A stretch of 64,000 nt of DNA from an uncultured delta proteobacterium (GTDB taxonomy: Bacteria; Myxococcota_A; UBA9160; UBA4427): the NCBI GenBank assembly GCA_963822965.1, contig CAWGJT010000006.1, positions 896,001 to 960,000 on the forward strand, read 5' to 3'. The notes below the pieces were generated by a model, which saw only the letters and a list, made by a program, of their open reading frames with translations, ran no database searches and was not told where the DNA came from. Positions 1 through 11,027 of the stretch are shown one piece after another (position 1 is the stretch's first letter; each line of letters starts with the position of its first letter). A program made the translations under genes and the position numbers.

Positions 1-262
1 GCAGGAACTCGGTGAACGGCATCGTGCAGTAGACGCCGGCGACCAGCGCGTAGCCCAGGCGTCGCGGGCGCGGGACGCCGAGGCTCGCGGCCAGCAGCCA
101 GCCGGCGGCCCCGCCCAGGACCAGGCCGGCCCAGATCCCGAGCGGACCGTAGGTGGCGAGGTCGACGAGATCGAGCAGGAAGCCTGCCGCGATGGGTCCC
201 AGCACCGACGCATGAGACGTCGTTTCGGGACCCGGACCCGCCGATCGAGGAGCGCCGTGCAT
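1..262 (-). CDS. small membrane protein, hypothetical (3' end outside window)
   Basis: Read manually: MHGAPRS...[43 protein letters not shown]...[17 protein letters not shown]. Hydrophobic helices, open to the window edge, divergent from purC. Start uncertain. Confidence 0.55.
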   Translation of the reverse strand, partial: MHGAPRSAGPGPETTSHASVLGPIAAGFLLDLVDLATYGPLGIWAGLVLGGAAGWLLAASLGVPRPRRLGYALVAGVYCTMPFTEFL

Positions 263-340
263 CCGGCCAGTCTAGCGCCCGACTGCACCCGTCCTCCCGT
301 CGGGCTGGTAGACTCCCGCGCTCGAGCCCGGGAGGTGGCC

Positions 341-1306
<966 letters not shown>

Positions 1307-1485
1307 CACGCCGAAGTAAAATCACCACATTTCAGCGATCCGACTGAACGCGGATCGACGCAAAAAAGCCGCGCCCCGTCCGGGCGTCGCGCGGGTCCTG
1401 TGCGGATTCACGCCCACCTGACCGGGAAGCCACACTCCGCTGCTTCCCAAGGCAGCTTCCTCGGGTAGACTCCCGCCGCTCCCCA

Positions 1486-1523
1486 GCATTCGAAATGTGC
1501 ATGGTGCGCCCGTGCTTTGGGCA
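1486..1523 (+). promoter_or_regulatory. two NtrC-like enhancer-binding sites
   Basis: GCAT-N7-GTGCA (1486-1501) and GCCC-N7-GGGCA (1508-1523) resemble TGCAC-N7-GTGCA. Centres are 22 bp apart, about 100 bp upstream of a sigma54 box. Confidence 0.5.
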
Positions 1524-1607
1524 ACCCAGGGAGTCCAATCGCACAGATCTGGGCACCTCCAGGCCCACACGAGCCGCGTGGATCACGGCTTCGTGTGGCG
1601 GGCGCAG

Positions 1608-1623
1608 CGGCACGCGGATTGCT
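1608..1623 (+). promoter_or_regulatory. sigma54 (-24/-12) promoter
   Basis: CGGCACGCGGATTGCT matches TGGCACG-N4-TTGC with exact GG-N10-GC spacing, about 50 bp before the porin ATG. Confidence 0.75.
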
Positions 1624-1671
1624 CTGGCCAGTCGCCGGATCAATCCTGAATCCCGAGGAGACCTTCAACCC

Positions 1672-2964
1672 ATGCGTTCCATCATCAAGGGACTGGCGAT
1701 GGCGTCGGCCGGAGTCGCAATGTTTGCGATGCCCGCAGCCGCAGCCGAAACCCAAGACGATCTACGAGAGATGCGTGAGCTGGTGCTGAAGCTTCAGGAC
1801 CAGATGCAGGCGCAGCAGAAGCAGATCGACGAGCAGCAGGGCGTGATCAAGGAAGCCGGGCTCGAAGACGACGAGCGCGGCTCCGGTTCCGGGCTCTCGT
1901 CCTTCCTGGAGTCCACGGACTTCAGCGGCTGGGTGGCGGCCAGCTACTTCTGGAACTTCAACAACCCGCGCAAGCCGACCGCCGGGGGCAATGCCGCCTA
2001 CTCCAACCCGTTCCATCCGGATCACAACTCCTTCCAGTTCGACGAGGCGTGGTTCGTGATCGACCGGGAGGCGACGGAGGAGAGCCCGGCGGGCTTCCAC
2101 TTCGAGATGACCTACGGCGCCACGGCCACGACGCTCTCGGAGACCTCCAACTCCGGCCGCTTCACGGCGTTCGGTGACGGGACGGGCAACCAGAACGGCA
2201 ACGACATCTGGGTCGTGTCCGCCAACGTCTCCTACCTGACGCCCTGGGGCCAGGAGATCACCGCGGGCAAGTTCGGCACCCTCATCGGTTACGAGGTGGC
2301 GGGAGCGCCGAACAACGTGAACATCACGCGTGGCTTCATGTACAACAACTTCCAGCCGTTCTCCCAGACGGGCGTGCTGGTGGGGCAGGACTTCGACAAC
2401 GGCTTCACCATGACGGTGGGCGCGGTCAACGGCCTCAGCAACCAGCAGTTCGACACCAACATGAGCAAGGGCGTCATGTGGCAGGCGGGCTGGGGGAACG
2501 ACAACGCGACGTTCCTCTTCAACGGCATGTACGACGCCGACCTGGAGGGCCAGGGAGACGATCTCGTCATCCTCGACGCCGTCGTCGAGCTGACCCCGAA
2601 CGACGACCTGCTGCTGTGGTTCAACTACGACTACTTCTACGTGGACGACAACGGTGGGTCGGACTTCACGGCCAACGGCTTCGCGCTGGGCGGCCGGCAG
2701 GCCCTGACGGACAAGCTGGGGCTCGGGGGGCGCTTCGAGTACGCGCACCTCAACAACCTGAACGGCGACGACAACGGCGACCTGTTCTCCTGGACGTCGA
2801 CGGTGGACTACGCGCTCACCGACAACCTGACCTGGAAGGTCGAGTACAAGTACGAGGCCAGCGACGACCTGGCCGACGCGTTCCGGAAGGGCAACGGCAG
2901 CCCGACGCCGAAGTTCGCCGACGACGCGCACTACATCGGGACCCAGCTCTACTACGAGTTCTAG
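1672..2964 (+). CDS. outer-membrane beta-barrel porin (putative OmpL-like/BBP2 family) with N-terminal coiled coil
   Basis: Signal peptide (…MPAAAA|ETQ), coiled coil, alternating amphipathic strands, GKFGTLIGYEV and NVNITRG motifs, C-terminal YYEF. RBS GAGGAG. Confidence 0.8.
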   Translation: MRSIIKGLAMASAGVAMFAMPAAAAETQDDLREMRELVLKLQDQMQAQQKQIDEQQGVIKEAGLEDDERGSGSGLSSFLESTDFSGWVAASYFWNFNNPRKPTAGGNAAYSNPFHPDHNSFQFDEAWFVIDREATEESPAGFHFEMTYGATATTLSETSNSGRFTAFGDGTGNQNGNDIWVVSANVSYLTPWGQEITAGKFGTLIGYEVAGAPNNVNITRGFMYNNFQPFSQTGVLVGQDFDNGFTMTVGAVNGLSNQQFDTNMSKGVMWQAGWGNDNATFLFNGMYDADLEGQGDDLVILDAVVELTPNDDLLLWFNYDYFYVDDNGGSDFTANGFALGGRQALTDKLGLGGRFEYAHLNNLNGDDNGDLFSWTSTVDYALTDNLTWKVEYKYEASDDLADAFRKGNGSPTPKFADDAHYIGTQLYYEF

Positions 2965-2987
2965 CTCCGGTCCCACCCGTACCCAAG

Positions 2988-3024
2988 AGGGGCGCGGCGC
3001 CACCCGGCGCCGCGCCCCTTCTTT
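2988..3024 (+). terminator. intrinsic terminator after porin
   Basis: Perfect 14-bp stem AGGGGCGCGGCGCC-ACCC-GGCGCCGCGCCCCT followed by TCTTT. Confidence 0.8.
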
Positions 3025-3084
3025 GTGCTACAAGGAGCACGCTCCGAAGCCCCCTCCTGGGCCCTGCCGTCGGCGGTCTCCGCG

Positions 3085-4764
3085 ATGCCCCTGCTCCCTC
3101 CGGCCCTCGAGCCCAAGCTCCTCACCGTGCTCCGCGAGGGATACGGGCTCCGGGACCTGGGCCGCGACGCGCTTGCCGGGGTGGTGGTGGGGATCGTCGC
3201 CCTCCCCCTGGCCATCGCCTTCGCCATCGCCTCGGGCGTGCGCCCCGAGCAGGGCCTGTACACCGCCATCGTCGCGGGTGCCCTGATCTCCACGTTCGGC
3301 GGCAGCCGGGTGCAGATCGGCGGCCCGACCGGCGCCTTCGTGATCATCGTGGCCGGGATCGTGGCCGAGTTCGGCTACGCCGGGCTGGCGGTCGCCACGG
3401 TGATGGCGGGCTGCCTGCTGGTGGTGATGGCCGTGGCCCGGCTCGGCGACGTGATCCGCTTCATCCCCTACCCGGTCACCGTCGGCTTCACGACGGGGAT
3501 CGCCCTGATCATCGCCGTGGGGCAGGTGGGGGACGCCCTGGGGCTCGAGATCGAGAAGCTGCCGGCGGACTTCCTCGAGCGCGGGGTCGTGTACGCGACC
3601 CACGCGTCGACCGCCGACCCCGCGACCTTCGGGATCTTCGCGCTCACCATCGCGATCATCCAGCTGTGGCCCCGGGTCACGAGCCGCATCCCGGGCCCGC
3701 TGGTGGCGCTCGTCGTCACCACGCTCGGGGTCCAGGGCCTGGGCCTCGACGTCGCGACCATCCAGGGGCGCTTCGGCGGCGTCCCCTCCACCCTGCCCTC
3801 GTTTCATGCCCTGGAGGTTGACTGGGCGCTGGTCCCGAAGCTGGCCTCTCCGGCCCTCACCATCGCCCTGCTCGCGGCCATCGAGTCCCTGCTCAGCGCC
3901 GTGGTGGCGGACGGGTTGATCGGCGGCCGCCACCGCTCCAACGCCGAGCTCCTGGGACAGGGGATCGCGAACATCGCATCGCCCTTCTTCGGGGGCATTC
4001 CCGCCACGGGCGCCATCGCGCGCACCGCGACGAACATCCGCAACGGCGGCCGGAGCCCGGTCGCGGGGATCGTCCACGCGCTCACCCTCATGGGCATTTT
4101 GCTCGTGGCGGGAGGCTGGGCGTCTCGGATCCCGATGGCGACGCTGGCGGGCATCCTGATGGTGGTCGCCTACAACATGAGCGAGTGGCACGTCTTCCTG
4201 CGCCTGCTGCGCGGCCCGCGCAGCGACGTGCTGGTGCTGCTCACGACCTTCGTGCTGACGGTGGCCGTCGACCTGACCGTGGCCATCCAGGCCGGGGTCG
4301 TGCTGGCCGCCCTGCTTCTCATGCGCCGAATGGCCGAGGTGACCCAGGTGCGGGCGATCCGCGACGTGCTCGAGTACGAGACGGCCGAGCTCGCCGAGAA
4401 CGGGATCGCCGAGGTCCCGGACGACGTCGAGGTGTTCGAGATCAACGGCTCGTTCTGCTTTGGGGCGGCGGCCAAGTTCACCGAGACCCTGCTCTCGACG
4501 TCGGGCACGCCCCGGGTGGTGATCCTGCGCATGCGCCACGTGCTGGCGATGGACGCCACCGGCCTGGAGGCGCTCGAGGGCGTCGCCATCCGCCTCCGGC
4601 GGCGCGGCGCGCACCTGCTGCTCTCGGGCATCCACGCCCAGCCGCTCATCGCCCTGGAACGCAGCGGCGCCCTGGAGCGCATCGGCCCGGAGAACGTGCT
4701 GGGCAGCTTCGCCGAAGCGCTCGCACGGGCGCGGACCCTGCGCGACGGCGCGTCGGCCGACTGA
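3085..4764 (+). CDS. SulP/SLC26 family anion permease with C-terminal STAS domain
   Basis: DALAGVVVGIVALPLAIAFAIASG, GGSRVQIGGPTGAF, ATGAIARTATN, STAS (FEINGSFCFG…MDATG). Confidence 0.93.
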   Translation: MPLLPPALEPKLLTVLREGYGLRDLGRDALAGVVVGIVALPLAIAFAIASGVRPEQGLYTAIVAGALISTFGGSRVQIGGPTGAFVIIVAGIVAEFGYAGLAVATVMAGCLLVVMAVARLGDVIRFIPYPVTVGFTTGIALIIAVGQVGDALGLEIEKLPADFLERGVVYATHASTADPATFGIFALTIAIIQLWPRVTSRIPGPLVALVVTTLGVQGLGLDVATIQGRFGGVPSTLPSFHALEVDWALVPKLASPALTIALLAAIESLLSAVVADGLIGGRHRSNAELLGQGIANIASPFFGGIPATGAIARTATNIRNGGRSPVAGIVHALTLMGILLVAGGWASRIPMATLAGILMVVAYNMSEWHVFLRLLRGPRSDVLVLLTTFVLTVAVDLTVAIQAGVVLAALLLMRRMAEVTQVRAIRDVLEYETAELAENGIAEVPDDVEVFEINGSFCFGAAAKFTETLLSTSGTPRVVILRMRHVLAMDATGLEALEGVAIRLRRRGAHLLLSGIHAQPLIALERSGALERIGPENVLGSFAEALARARTLRDGASAD

Positions 4765-4771
4765 CGCGGGC

Positions 4772-5782
4772 TCAGGTCAGCCGGAGGAAGCAGTAGCCGA
4801 GCAGCATGTAGTGCATCACGGGCACCGCGAGGAGCGGGGAGTCGATGCGGTCCAGCACGCCGCCCATCCCCGGCAGCAGCGAGCCCGCATCCTTGATCTG
4901 CGCGTCCCGCTTCAGCAGGGATTCCACCAGGTCGCCCACGATTCCGACGATCGCCAGCACGATGCCGAAGCACACGACCCCGGTCCAGTCCAGGCTCACG
5001 GACATCTCCGGCCAGAACTGGTCGAAGAGCCCCTTGCACACCAGCCCCGCCACGGTGCCCCACACGATGCCGCCGATGGCGCCCTCCACGGACTTGCCGG
5101 GGCTCACCTGGGGCGCGAGCTTGTGGCGGCCGTAGGCGCGGCCCGCGAAGTAGGCGCCCGCATCGCAGTTGATCACCACGGTCAAGGTGAAGACGAAGAA
5201 GAAGATGCCCGAATCGGGGGTCAGCCCCAGGGCGCGGACGTCGGCGGCATCGTAGTGCGAGAGCGCCACGTAGTAGAAGCGGCGCAGCACCACCGCGTGG
5301 GAGAGCAGCCAGCCCACGTAGAAGACGCCGAAGAAGGTGCCGGAGAGGCTGGCCAGGGCCTCGGTGATGTTGCGCTTGCGCAGCTGGGCCACCATCAAGA
5401 CCAGCAGGGACGCCGTCATCAGCAGGGTGGCGTGGTACTCGTTGCCCACGTAGGCGACCACGGGAAGCGAGCCACCGGCGGCCAGGCCCAGGCTCCACAG
5501 GGGCCGGGCTCCCTTCTCCTCGATCAGGCGGTAGAACTCGCGTTGGCCGAGCAGAACGAAGGCCACCACCACGCCGAGGTAGAGCAGGCCCCCCTGGACG
5601 ATCACGTAGAGGATCGCCGGCACCAGCACCGCTGCCGTGAGGATGCGCGTGAGGGTCTCGCTCATCCCCTTGCGCCCGTCGTCCTCGGGCAGGGGGCTGG
5701 GGGGCCTGGGGTGCAGGGGCTCGGAAGAGCCGGGCGCGGCCTCCGGCTCGTCGTGGACCTGCGGTGTCTCGGGCTCGGTCAA
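4772..5782 (-). CDS. cdsA: phosphatidate cytidylyltransferase
   Basis: DAGAYFAG, VSPGKSVEG, GDLVESLLKR…KDAGSLLPGMGGVLDRIDS. Start is TTG 5782 or ATG 5666. Confidence 0.93.
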   Translation of the reverse strand: MTEPETPQVHDEPEAAPGSSEPLHPRPPSPLPEDDGRKGMSETLTRILTAAVLVPAILYVIVQGGLLYLGVVVAFVLLGQREFYRLIEEKGARPLWSLGLAAGGSLPVVAYVGNEYHATLLMTASLLVLMVAQLRKRNITEALASLSGTFFGVFYVGWLLSHAVVLRRFYYVALSHYDAADVRALGLTPDSGIFFFVFTLTVVINCDAGAYFAGRAYGRHKLAPQVSPGKSVEGAIGGIVWGTVAGLVCKGLFDQFWPEMSVSLDWTGVVCFGIVLAIVGIVGDLVESLLKRDAQIKDAGSLLPGMGGVLDRIDSPLLAVPVMHYMLLGYCFLRLT

Positions 5783-5817
5783 GACGGACTCACCTCCCCC
5801 CGCAACGCTACCCCGAC

Positions 5818-6282
5818 TCAGCTCGATCGGCCGGTGTGCCCGAAGCCGCCGGAACCCCGAGCCGTATCGTCGAGGTCTTCCACCTCGTCCCAGGCGACGG
5901 CGGCCACGGGCGCGACCACCAGCTGGGCGATGCGGTCTCCCCGCTGGATGCGGAACGGCTCGTCGCCGGCGTTCATCAGGATCACCCCGATCTCCCCGCG
6001 ATAGTCGGCGTCGATGGTCCCGGGTGCGTTGGGCAGCAGGATGCCATGGCGCAGGGCCAGACCGCTGCGCGGGCGCACCTGCGCCTCGTAGCCTTCGGGC
6101 AGCGCGATGGCGAAGCCCGTCGGCACGAGCTCGCGCTGGCCGGGGGCCAGCACGAGCTCGTCCTCGACGGCTGCGGCCAGGTCGCAGCCGGCGGCTGCGA
6201 CCGTGGCCGGCGCGGGAACCGGCAGCCCGGCACCGTTCGCGAGCCGCCGGAGGCGGACGCGAACGGGTCGGGGCGCTGTCAC
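5818..6282 (-). CDS. dut: dUTP diphosphatase
   Basis: [41 protein letters not shown] start overlaps the pnp stop. Confidence 0.95.
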   Translation of the reverse strand: MTAPRPVRVRLRRLANGAGLPVPAPATVAAAGCDLAAAVEDELVLAPGQRELVPTGFAIALPEGYEAQVRPRSGLALRHGILLPNAPGTIDADYRGEIGVILMNAGDEPFRIQRGDRIAQLVVAPVAAVAWDEVEDLDDTARGSGGFGHTGRSS

Positions 6283-8474
6283 GCGTCCGCGTCCTCGCCG
6301 GCGACCGCGTCGGCGAGCGCCTCCTTGCGCGAGAGGCGGATCCGCCCGGCCGGGTCGATGTCGATGCACTTCACGAGCACCTCGTCGCCCTCGGACAGCA
6401 CGTCGGTGACCTTGTCGACGCGCCCTTCCGCGAGATGCGAGATGTGAATCAGCCCGTCGGTGCCCGGGAAGATCTCCGCAAAGGCGCCGAAGTCGGCGAT
6501 CCGCTTCACCTTGCCAAGGTAGACACGACCGATCTCGGCCTCCTGGGTGAGCTCCTCCACCATCGCCATGGCCCGCTTCACGGTCTCACCGCTGGGACCG
6601 AAGATGGCGACGCGACCGTCGTCCTCGACGTCGATCTTGCACTCGGTGGTTTCCTGGATGGCGCGGATCGTCTTGCCACCGGGCCCGATGATGTCCCGGA
6701 TACGGTCCGGCTTGATGAAGATCACCTCGAGCCGCGGTGCGAAGGCGTGCAGGTCGGAGCGCGGCTTGAGCCCGCCGAGCTCGTCCCGGGTGGTCTCCTC
6801 CATCTGCTCGAGGATGTGGATGCGGCCCTTGCGCGCCTGACCGAGGGCGCGCTCCATGATCTCCCAGTCGATCTCCTGGACCTTGATGTCCATCTGCACC
6901 GCGGTGATGCCCGCGCGCGAGCCGGCGACCTTGAAGTCCATGTCGCCGAGATGGTCCTCGTCTCCGAGGATGTCCGAGAGCACGACCGTGCGCTTCCCGT
7001 CAGTGACGAGACCCATGGCGATCCCCGCCACGGGCGCCTTCAGCGGCGTACCCGAGTCCAGCAGCGCGAGCGTGGCGCCGCAGATCGCCGCCTGGGACGA
7101 CGAGCCGTTCGACTCCAGGGTCTCGGAGACCACGCGGATCGTGTACGGGAACTCGTCGTGGTCGGGGAGCACCGGCTTGATGGCCCGCTCGGCCAGCGAC
7201 CCGTGGCCCACCTCCCGGCGACCGGGGCCGCGCAGCATGCGCGCCTCGCCCACCGAGAACGGCGGGAAGTTGTAGTGGAGCATGAACTGCTTCTTGAAGC
7301 GCCCGCCCATCCCGTCGATGGTCTGCTCGTCGAAGCCGCTGCCGAGCGTCGCGGTCACCATGGCCTGCGTCTCGCCGCGCGTGAAGAGCGCCACGCCGTG
7401 CGGCCGCGGAACCACGCGCACCTCGCACATGATGGGCCGGATGTCCTCCGGACCGCGGCCGTCCACGCGCACCCCTTCCGCGAGCACGCGCTCGCGCAGG
7501 ATCTCGCCGCCGAGGTCGTGCAGGATGCTGCCCGCCTGACGCGACAGCGTGTCGAGCCCGCTCTTGCGCTGCTCCCAGTCTCCGAGCGTCTCGAACGAGA
7601 CCTTCTCGTTGCGGAAGGAGTCGACGATCTCGCTCTTCACCTCGCTCTCGATCGTCTTTACGGCGGCCCCGCGCTCGAGCTTCGCGGCGATCTTCATCGC
7701 CTCGGTGAGGCGCCCCTGGGCCTTGTCCCGGATCTTCGCCTCCAGCGCGGAGGTGTCCGGCGCGGGCGCCGGCACGATCTTGGGCTTTCCGACCTTGCTC
7801 TGCAGCTCCTCGATCGTCTCGATGATGGGCTGCATCTCGCGGTGGGCGTGCTTGAGGGCCGCCAGGATCTCCTCTTCGGGCACCTGGTTGGCCCCGCCCT
7901 CGACCATCACGATCGAGCCACGGCTACCGGCGACGATCAGCTCGATGTCGCTCTCGTCCACCTGTGCGGGGGTCGGGTTGATGACGTAGTCCCCCTCGAC
8001 CCGGCCGAGGCGCACCGCGCCGATGGGGCCGACGAACGGAATCTCCGACACCGAGAGCGCCGCCGAGGCGCCCACGAAGGCGCAGACGTCCGCCGGGTAG
8101 TCGGGATCGGACGAGAGCACCGTGGCCACCACGTGGGTCTCGTCGTTGTAGCCCGGCGCGAAGAGCGGGCGGATCGATCGGTCGATGAAGCGCGAGACGA
8201 GCACCTCGCGATCGGCCAGGCGTCCTTCGCGCTTGAAGAAGCCACCGGGGATCTTCCCCGCCGCCGCGAACTTCTCCACGAAGTCGACGGTGAGCGGGAA
8301 GAAGTCGATCCCCGGGCGCGGATTGGAGCGCGTGGCGGTGACGAGCACCGTGGTGTCGCCGAAGGTGACGAGCACCGAGCCGGCGGCCTGCTTGGCGAGA
8401 CGGCCGCATTCGAGGTGCATGGGACGGCCGCCCACCGTGACGGTGAGGGTCGTCGATTCGAACCAATAGGGCAT
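6279..8474 (-). CDS. pnp: polyribonucleotide nucleotidyltransferase (PNPase)
   Basis: [45 protein letters not shown] and S1 domains. Confidence 0.98.
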   Translation of the reverse strand: MPYWFESTTLTVTVGGRPMHLECGRLAKQAAGSVLVTFGDTTVLVTATRSNPRPGIDFFPLTVDFVEKFAAAGKIPGGFFKREGRLADREVLVSRFIDRSIRPLFAPGYNDETHVVATVLSSDPDYPADVCAFVGASAALSVSEIPFVGPIGAVRLGRVEGDYVINPTPAQVDESDIELIVAGSRGSIVMVEGGANQVPEEEILAALKHAHREMQPIIETIEELQSKVGKPKIVPAPAPDTSALEAKIRDKAQGRLTEAMKIAAKLERGAAVKTIESEVKSEIVDSFRNEKVSFETLGDWEQRKSGLDTLSRQAGSILHDLGGEILRERVLAEGVRVDGRGPEDIRPIMCEVRVVPRPHGVALFTRGETQAMVTATLGSGFDEQTIDGMGGRFKKQFMLHYNFPPFSVGEARMLRGPGRREVGHGSLAERAIKPVLPDHDEFPYTIRVVSETLESNGSSSQAAICGATLALLDSGTPLKAPVAGIAMGLVTDGKRTVVLSDILGDEDHLGDMDFKVAGSRAGITAVQMDIKVQEIDWEIMERALGQARKGRIHILEQMEETTRDELGGLKPRSDLHAFAPRLEVIFIKPDRIRDIIGPGGKTIRAIQETTECKIDVEDDGRVAIFGPSGETVKRAMAMVEELTQEAEIGRVYLGKVKRIADFGAFAEIFPGTDGLIHISHLAEGRVDKVTDVLSEGDEVLVKCIDIDPAGRIRLSRKEALADAVAGEDADA

Positions 8475-8577
8475 TGCCTTGTATCTCCTCTCCAGCCGGG
8501 AACGGCTGGAAGGTGCTCCAAGCCCCTTCGAACCACAGGGATCGAGGGCTGGAGTGACCGAAATGGACTTCGGCGGA

Positions 8578-8675
8578 GGAGATCGCAGCGGAATGCAGGA
8601 TCAGCCCTGCCCGAAGCCACGTCGCATCGCGACGCCTTCGGGCACGGCCGACTCCCGCATCCCCCCACCATCTCC
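8578..8675 (-). promoter_or_regulatory. long pnp 5'-leader stem-loop (probable RNase III substrate)
   Basis: About 98-nt imperfect hairpin (GGAGAT…GGATGCGGGAGTCGGCC-GTGCCCGAAG…CTTCGGGCAGGGCTGATCCTGCATTCC…ATCTCC on the minus strand) in the rpsO-pnp spacer, as in known pnp leaders. Confidence 0.6.
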
Positions 8676-8855
8676 CTACGAACCTTCGGCCAGCAACGTC
8701 AGGAGCTGGCACGTTCTTGCGGGTACGCTGGCGAGAGCCCGGATGTCGGGTCTCGCATTCGCCGGTCCGTTGGTTGGATTCCTCCCGCGAGGGCTCGCGG
8801 TGTATGTCTTCCCCCCTGTGTGTTTCTGGGTCTCTTGGTTCCGACGCGCGGCGGG

Positions 8856-9122
8856 TCAGCGCCGCAGCCCCAGACGCTCGACCAGCGCCTGATAGCGCTC
8901 GTAGTCGTTGGCCGCGAGGTAGTCGAGCAAGCGCCGGCGACGGCTCACGATCTTGAAGAGTCCGCGCCGGGAGTGATGATCCTGCTTGTGCACCTTGAAG
9001 TGCTCGGAGAGCTCGGAGAGCCGCTCGGTCAGCAGCGCCACCTGCACCTCCGTCGAGCCGGTGTCCGCGTCGCCGCGCTTGAAGTCCTCGATGACGCGCT
9101 TCTTCTTGTCGGCAGAAATCAA
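8856..9122 (-). CDS. rpsO: 30S ribosomal protein S15
   Basis: [29 protein letters not shown]…LGLRR. TTG start. Confidence 0.97.
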   Translation of the reverse strand: MISADKKKRVIEDFKRGDADTGSTEVQVALLTERLSELSEHFKVHKQDHHSRRGLFKIVSRRRRLLDYLAANDYERYQALVERLGLRR

Positions 9123-9402
9123 CTCTGCTTCCTCTGTTTTTTCTCGTGTCTTTCCGGGTGGGGGGCCGGATCGTCTTGCTCGATTCCGGCGGACCCACGG
9201 GAGGGACCGAACGCGCAGGTGCCGTTCTGGATTCTTGGAGCCGCAGGATCGAACCGGGGGTCCCGCGGGGTATGGAGCGGCAGAGTGTTACAGAGGGCCC
9301 CGACCCTGGCAATGGGTGCGAGAGGCGGACCCGCTGCACGCCGGCTTTTCACCTCACGGCGGGGGCGCGGGTCCCTGATGCCCGGGGCACGGGCCCCCGT
9401 GC

Positions 9403-10332
9403 TCAGGTCGCGCGCAGCACGCGCAGGGGCCAGAGGCGCCGGTCCGCCCGCAGCTCCACGAGGGCCACGCAGTCGCCCGCCTCGTCCTTGGCGATGGCCC
9501 GCGTGCCCGGCATGCGGCGGAACTCCGAGCCCGGCGAGACGTCGCCACCGTTGCAGAGGCGGCGGACGGACTCGGCCCGCAGGCGGATCTCGTCGATGCC
9601 CAGGGCTTCGTCCGGCGGGATCAGCAGGGCGTCCTGCTTCTCGGACAGGGCCTCCTGCTCGAGCTGCTCGAGGGTGACCGCCTGCTGGATCGAGAAGGGC
9701 CCGCTCCTTAGCCGCCGCAGGCTCTGCAGCAGGGCGCCGCAGCCGAGGCGGGCACCCAGATCGGCGGCGAGGGTGCGGACGTAGGTCCCCGGACCGCAAG
9801 CCACGGAGATCTCGGCGTCCGGCGGCTCGAAGCGCAGCAGCTCGATCCGCTCGATGGTGACCTTCTTCGGGTCGCGCTCGACCTCCTCGCCACGTCGCGC
9901 GAGACGGTGGAGCGGCACGCCGTCCTTCTTGACCGCGCTGAACATGGGCGGGATCTGCCAGGTCTCGCCGACGAAGCTCTCGAGCGCCGCGCGCACCCGG
10001 GCCTCGTCCGGAAGCTCCCCCTCGAACGTGCGCAGCACCTTGCCCTGGGCGTCGAGGGTGTCGGTCTCGATTCCGAAGCGCACGGTGCCCACGTAGACCT
10101 TCTGCATGGGCGGCAGAAAGGGCACGAGCTTGGTCGCTTCGCGGATCGCGAGGGGCAGCACGCCCGTCGCCTGGGGATCGAGGGTGCCCAGGTGACCGAC
10201 ACGGCGCGTTCCGAAGAGCCGCCGCGCCTCGTCCACCACGTCATGGGACGTGCGTCCCGGCGGCTTGTCCACTACCAGGAAGCCCGCCGGTCCCTTGCGC
10301 TCCGCCCGTCGCGTACGGCGCCGGCTCGTCAT
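9403..10332 (-). CDS. truB: tRNA pseudouridine(55) synthase
   Basis: DKPPGRTSHD, GHLGTLDPQATGVL, PPMFSAVK, GTYVRTLA. Confidence 0.96.
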   Translation of the reverse strand: MTSRRRTRRAERKGPAGFLVVDKPPGRTSHDVVDEARRLFGTRRVGHLGTLDPQATGVLPLAIREATKLVPFLPPMQKVYVGTVRFGIETDTLDAQGKVLRTFEGELPDEARVRAALESFVGETWQIPPMFSAVKKDGVPLHRLARRGEEVERDPKKVTIERIELLRFEPPDAEISVACGPGTYVRTLAADLGARLGCGALLQSLRRLRSGPFSIQQAVTLEQLEQEALSEKQDALLIPPDEALGIDEIRLRAESVRRLCNGGDVSPGSEFRRMPGTRAIAKDEAGDCVALVELRADRRLWPLRVLRAT

Positions 10333-10334
10333 CT

Positions 10335-10691
10335 TCAGCCCCGCCTCTTCTCTTCCAGCTCGCGCAGCAACGCCAGGGTCTCCGCCCCCAACGCCAGGGA
10401 GGGGTCGTGGCGGAAGCGCAGCTCGGGGGTGCGTCGCAGGCTCAGCTCCTGGGCCAACCGCCGGCGCAGGAATCCCGCGGCGCTGGCGAGCCCCTCTTCC
10501 ACCTGCTCGAGGTCCTCCGGCGCATCACCCTCGAGCGAGCTCCAGTGGACGCCGGCGGTCGAGAGATCGGGTGCCACCTCCACGCGGGTCAGGCTGACCA
10601 TCCCGACGCGGGGATCGCTGACCTCGTCCCGCAGCAGGCGGGACAGCTCGCGCCGGATCTCCTCGCCGATCCGTTCCGTGCGGACGCTCAC
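10335..10691 (-). CDS. rbfA: ribosome-binding factor A
   Basis: RTERIGEEIRRELS, DPRVG, DLSTA, LRRTPELRFRHD. GTG start. Confidence 0.93.
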   Translation of the reverse strand: MSVRTERIGEEIRRELSRLLRDEVSDPRVGMVSLTRVEVAPDLSTAGVHWSSLEGDAPEDLEQVEEGLASAAGFLRRRLAQELSLRRTPELRFRHDPSLALGAETLALLRELEEKRRG

Positions 10692-10702
10692 GCCGTATCT
10701 CC

Positions 10703-11002
10703 TCAGACCTCTTCCGGCAGATCGAGCATCTCGACCTCGCAGGCCGTCACCTCGGCCAGATGCAGGTCTTCGATGAATTCCAGCGCCTTCTCGAGCTCCC
10801 GCCGCAAGAGGCGGGCGTCGGAGCCCACGTTCGACAGCCCGATCACCGCGTGCTGCCAGGTGCCCTGGCCGCCGACCTCGGCCGCCGAGACGTTGAAGCG
10901 GTTGCGCACCCGTTGGATGATGGAGCGGACCACGCCCCGCTTCTGCTTGAGGGAGTGCGAGCCGTGGACGTGGATCTCGACGATCGCTGCCCCGACCGTC
11001 AT
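10703..11002 (-). CDS. DUF503 / YlxP-like protein
   Basis: SLKQKRGVVRSII…FNVSAAEVG…WQHAVIG. Typical position between infB and rbfA. Confidence 0.88.
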   Translation of the reverse strand: MTVGAAIVEIHVHGSHSLKQKRGVVRSIIQRVRNRFNVSAAEVGGQGTWQHAVIGLSNVGSDARLLRRELEKALEFIEDLHLAEVTACEVEMLDLPEEV

Positions 11003-11027
11003 GCAAGGGGCCCTGCCGCCGCTCGGA

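Noticed and set aside
9230..9290. tRNA-like GGTTCGATCC…CTCCA on the minus strand upstream of rpsO
   Set aside because: No D-arm, anticodon arm or acceptor-stem pairing could be built. Probably part of the rpsO leader.
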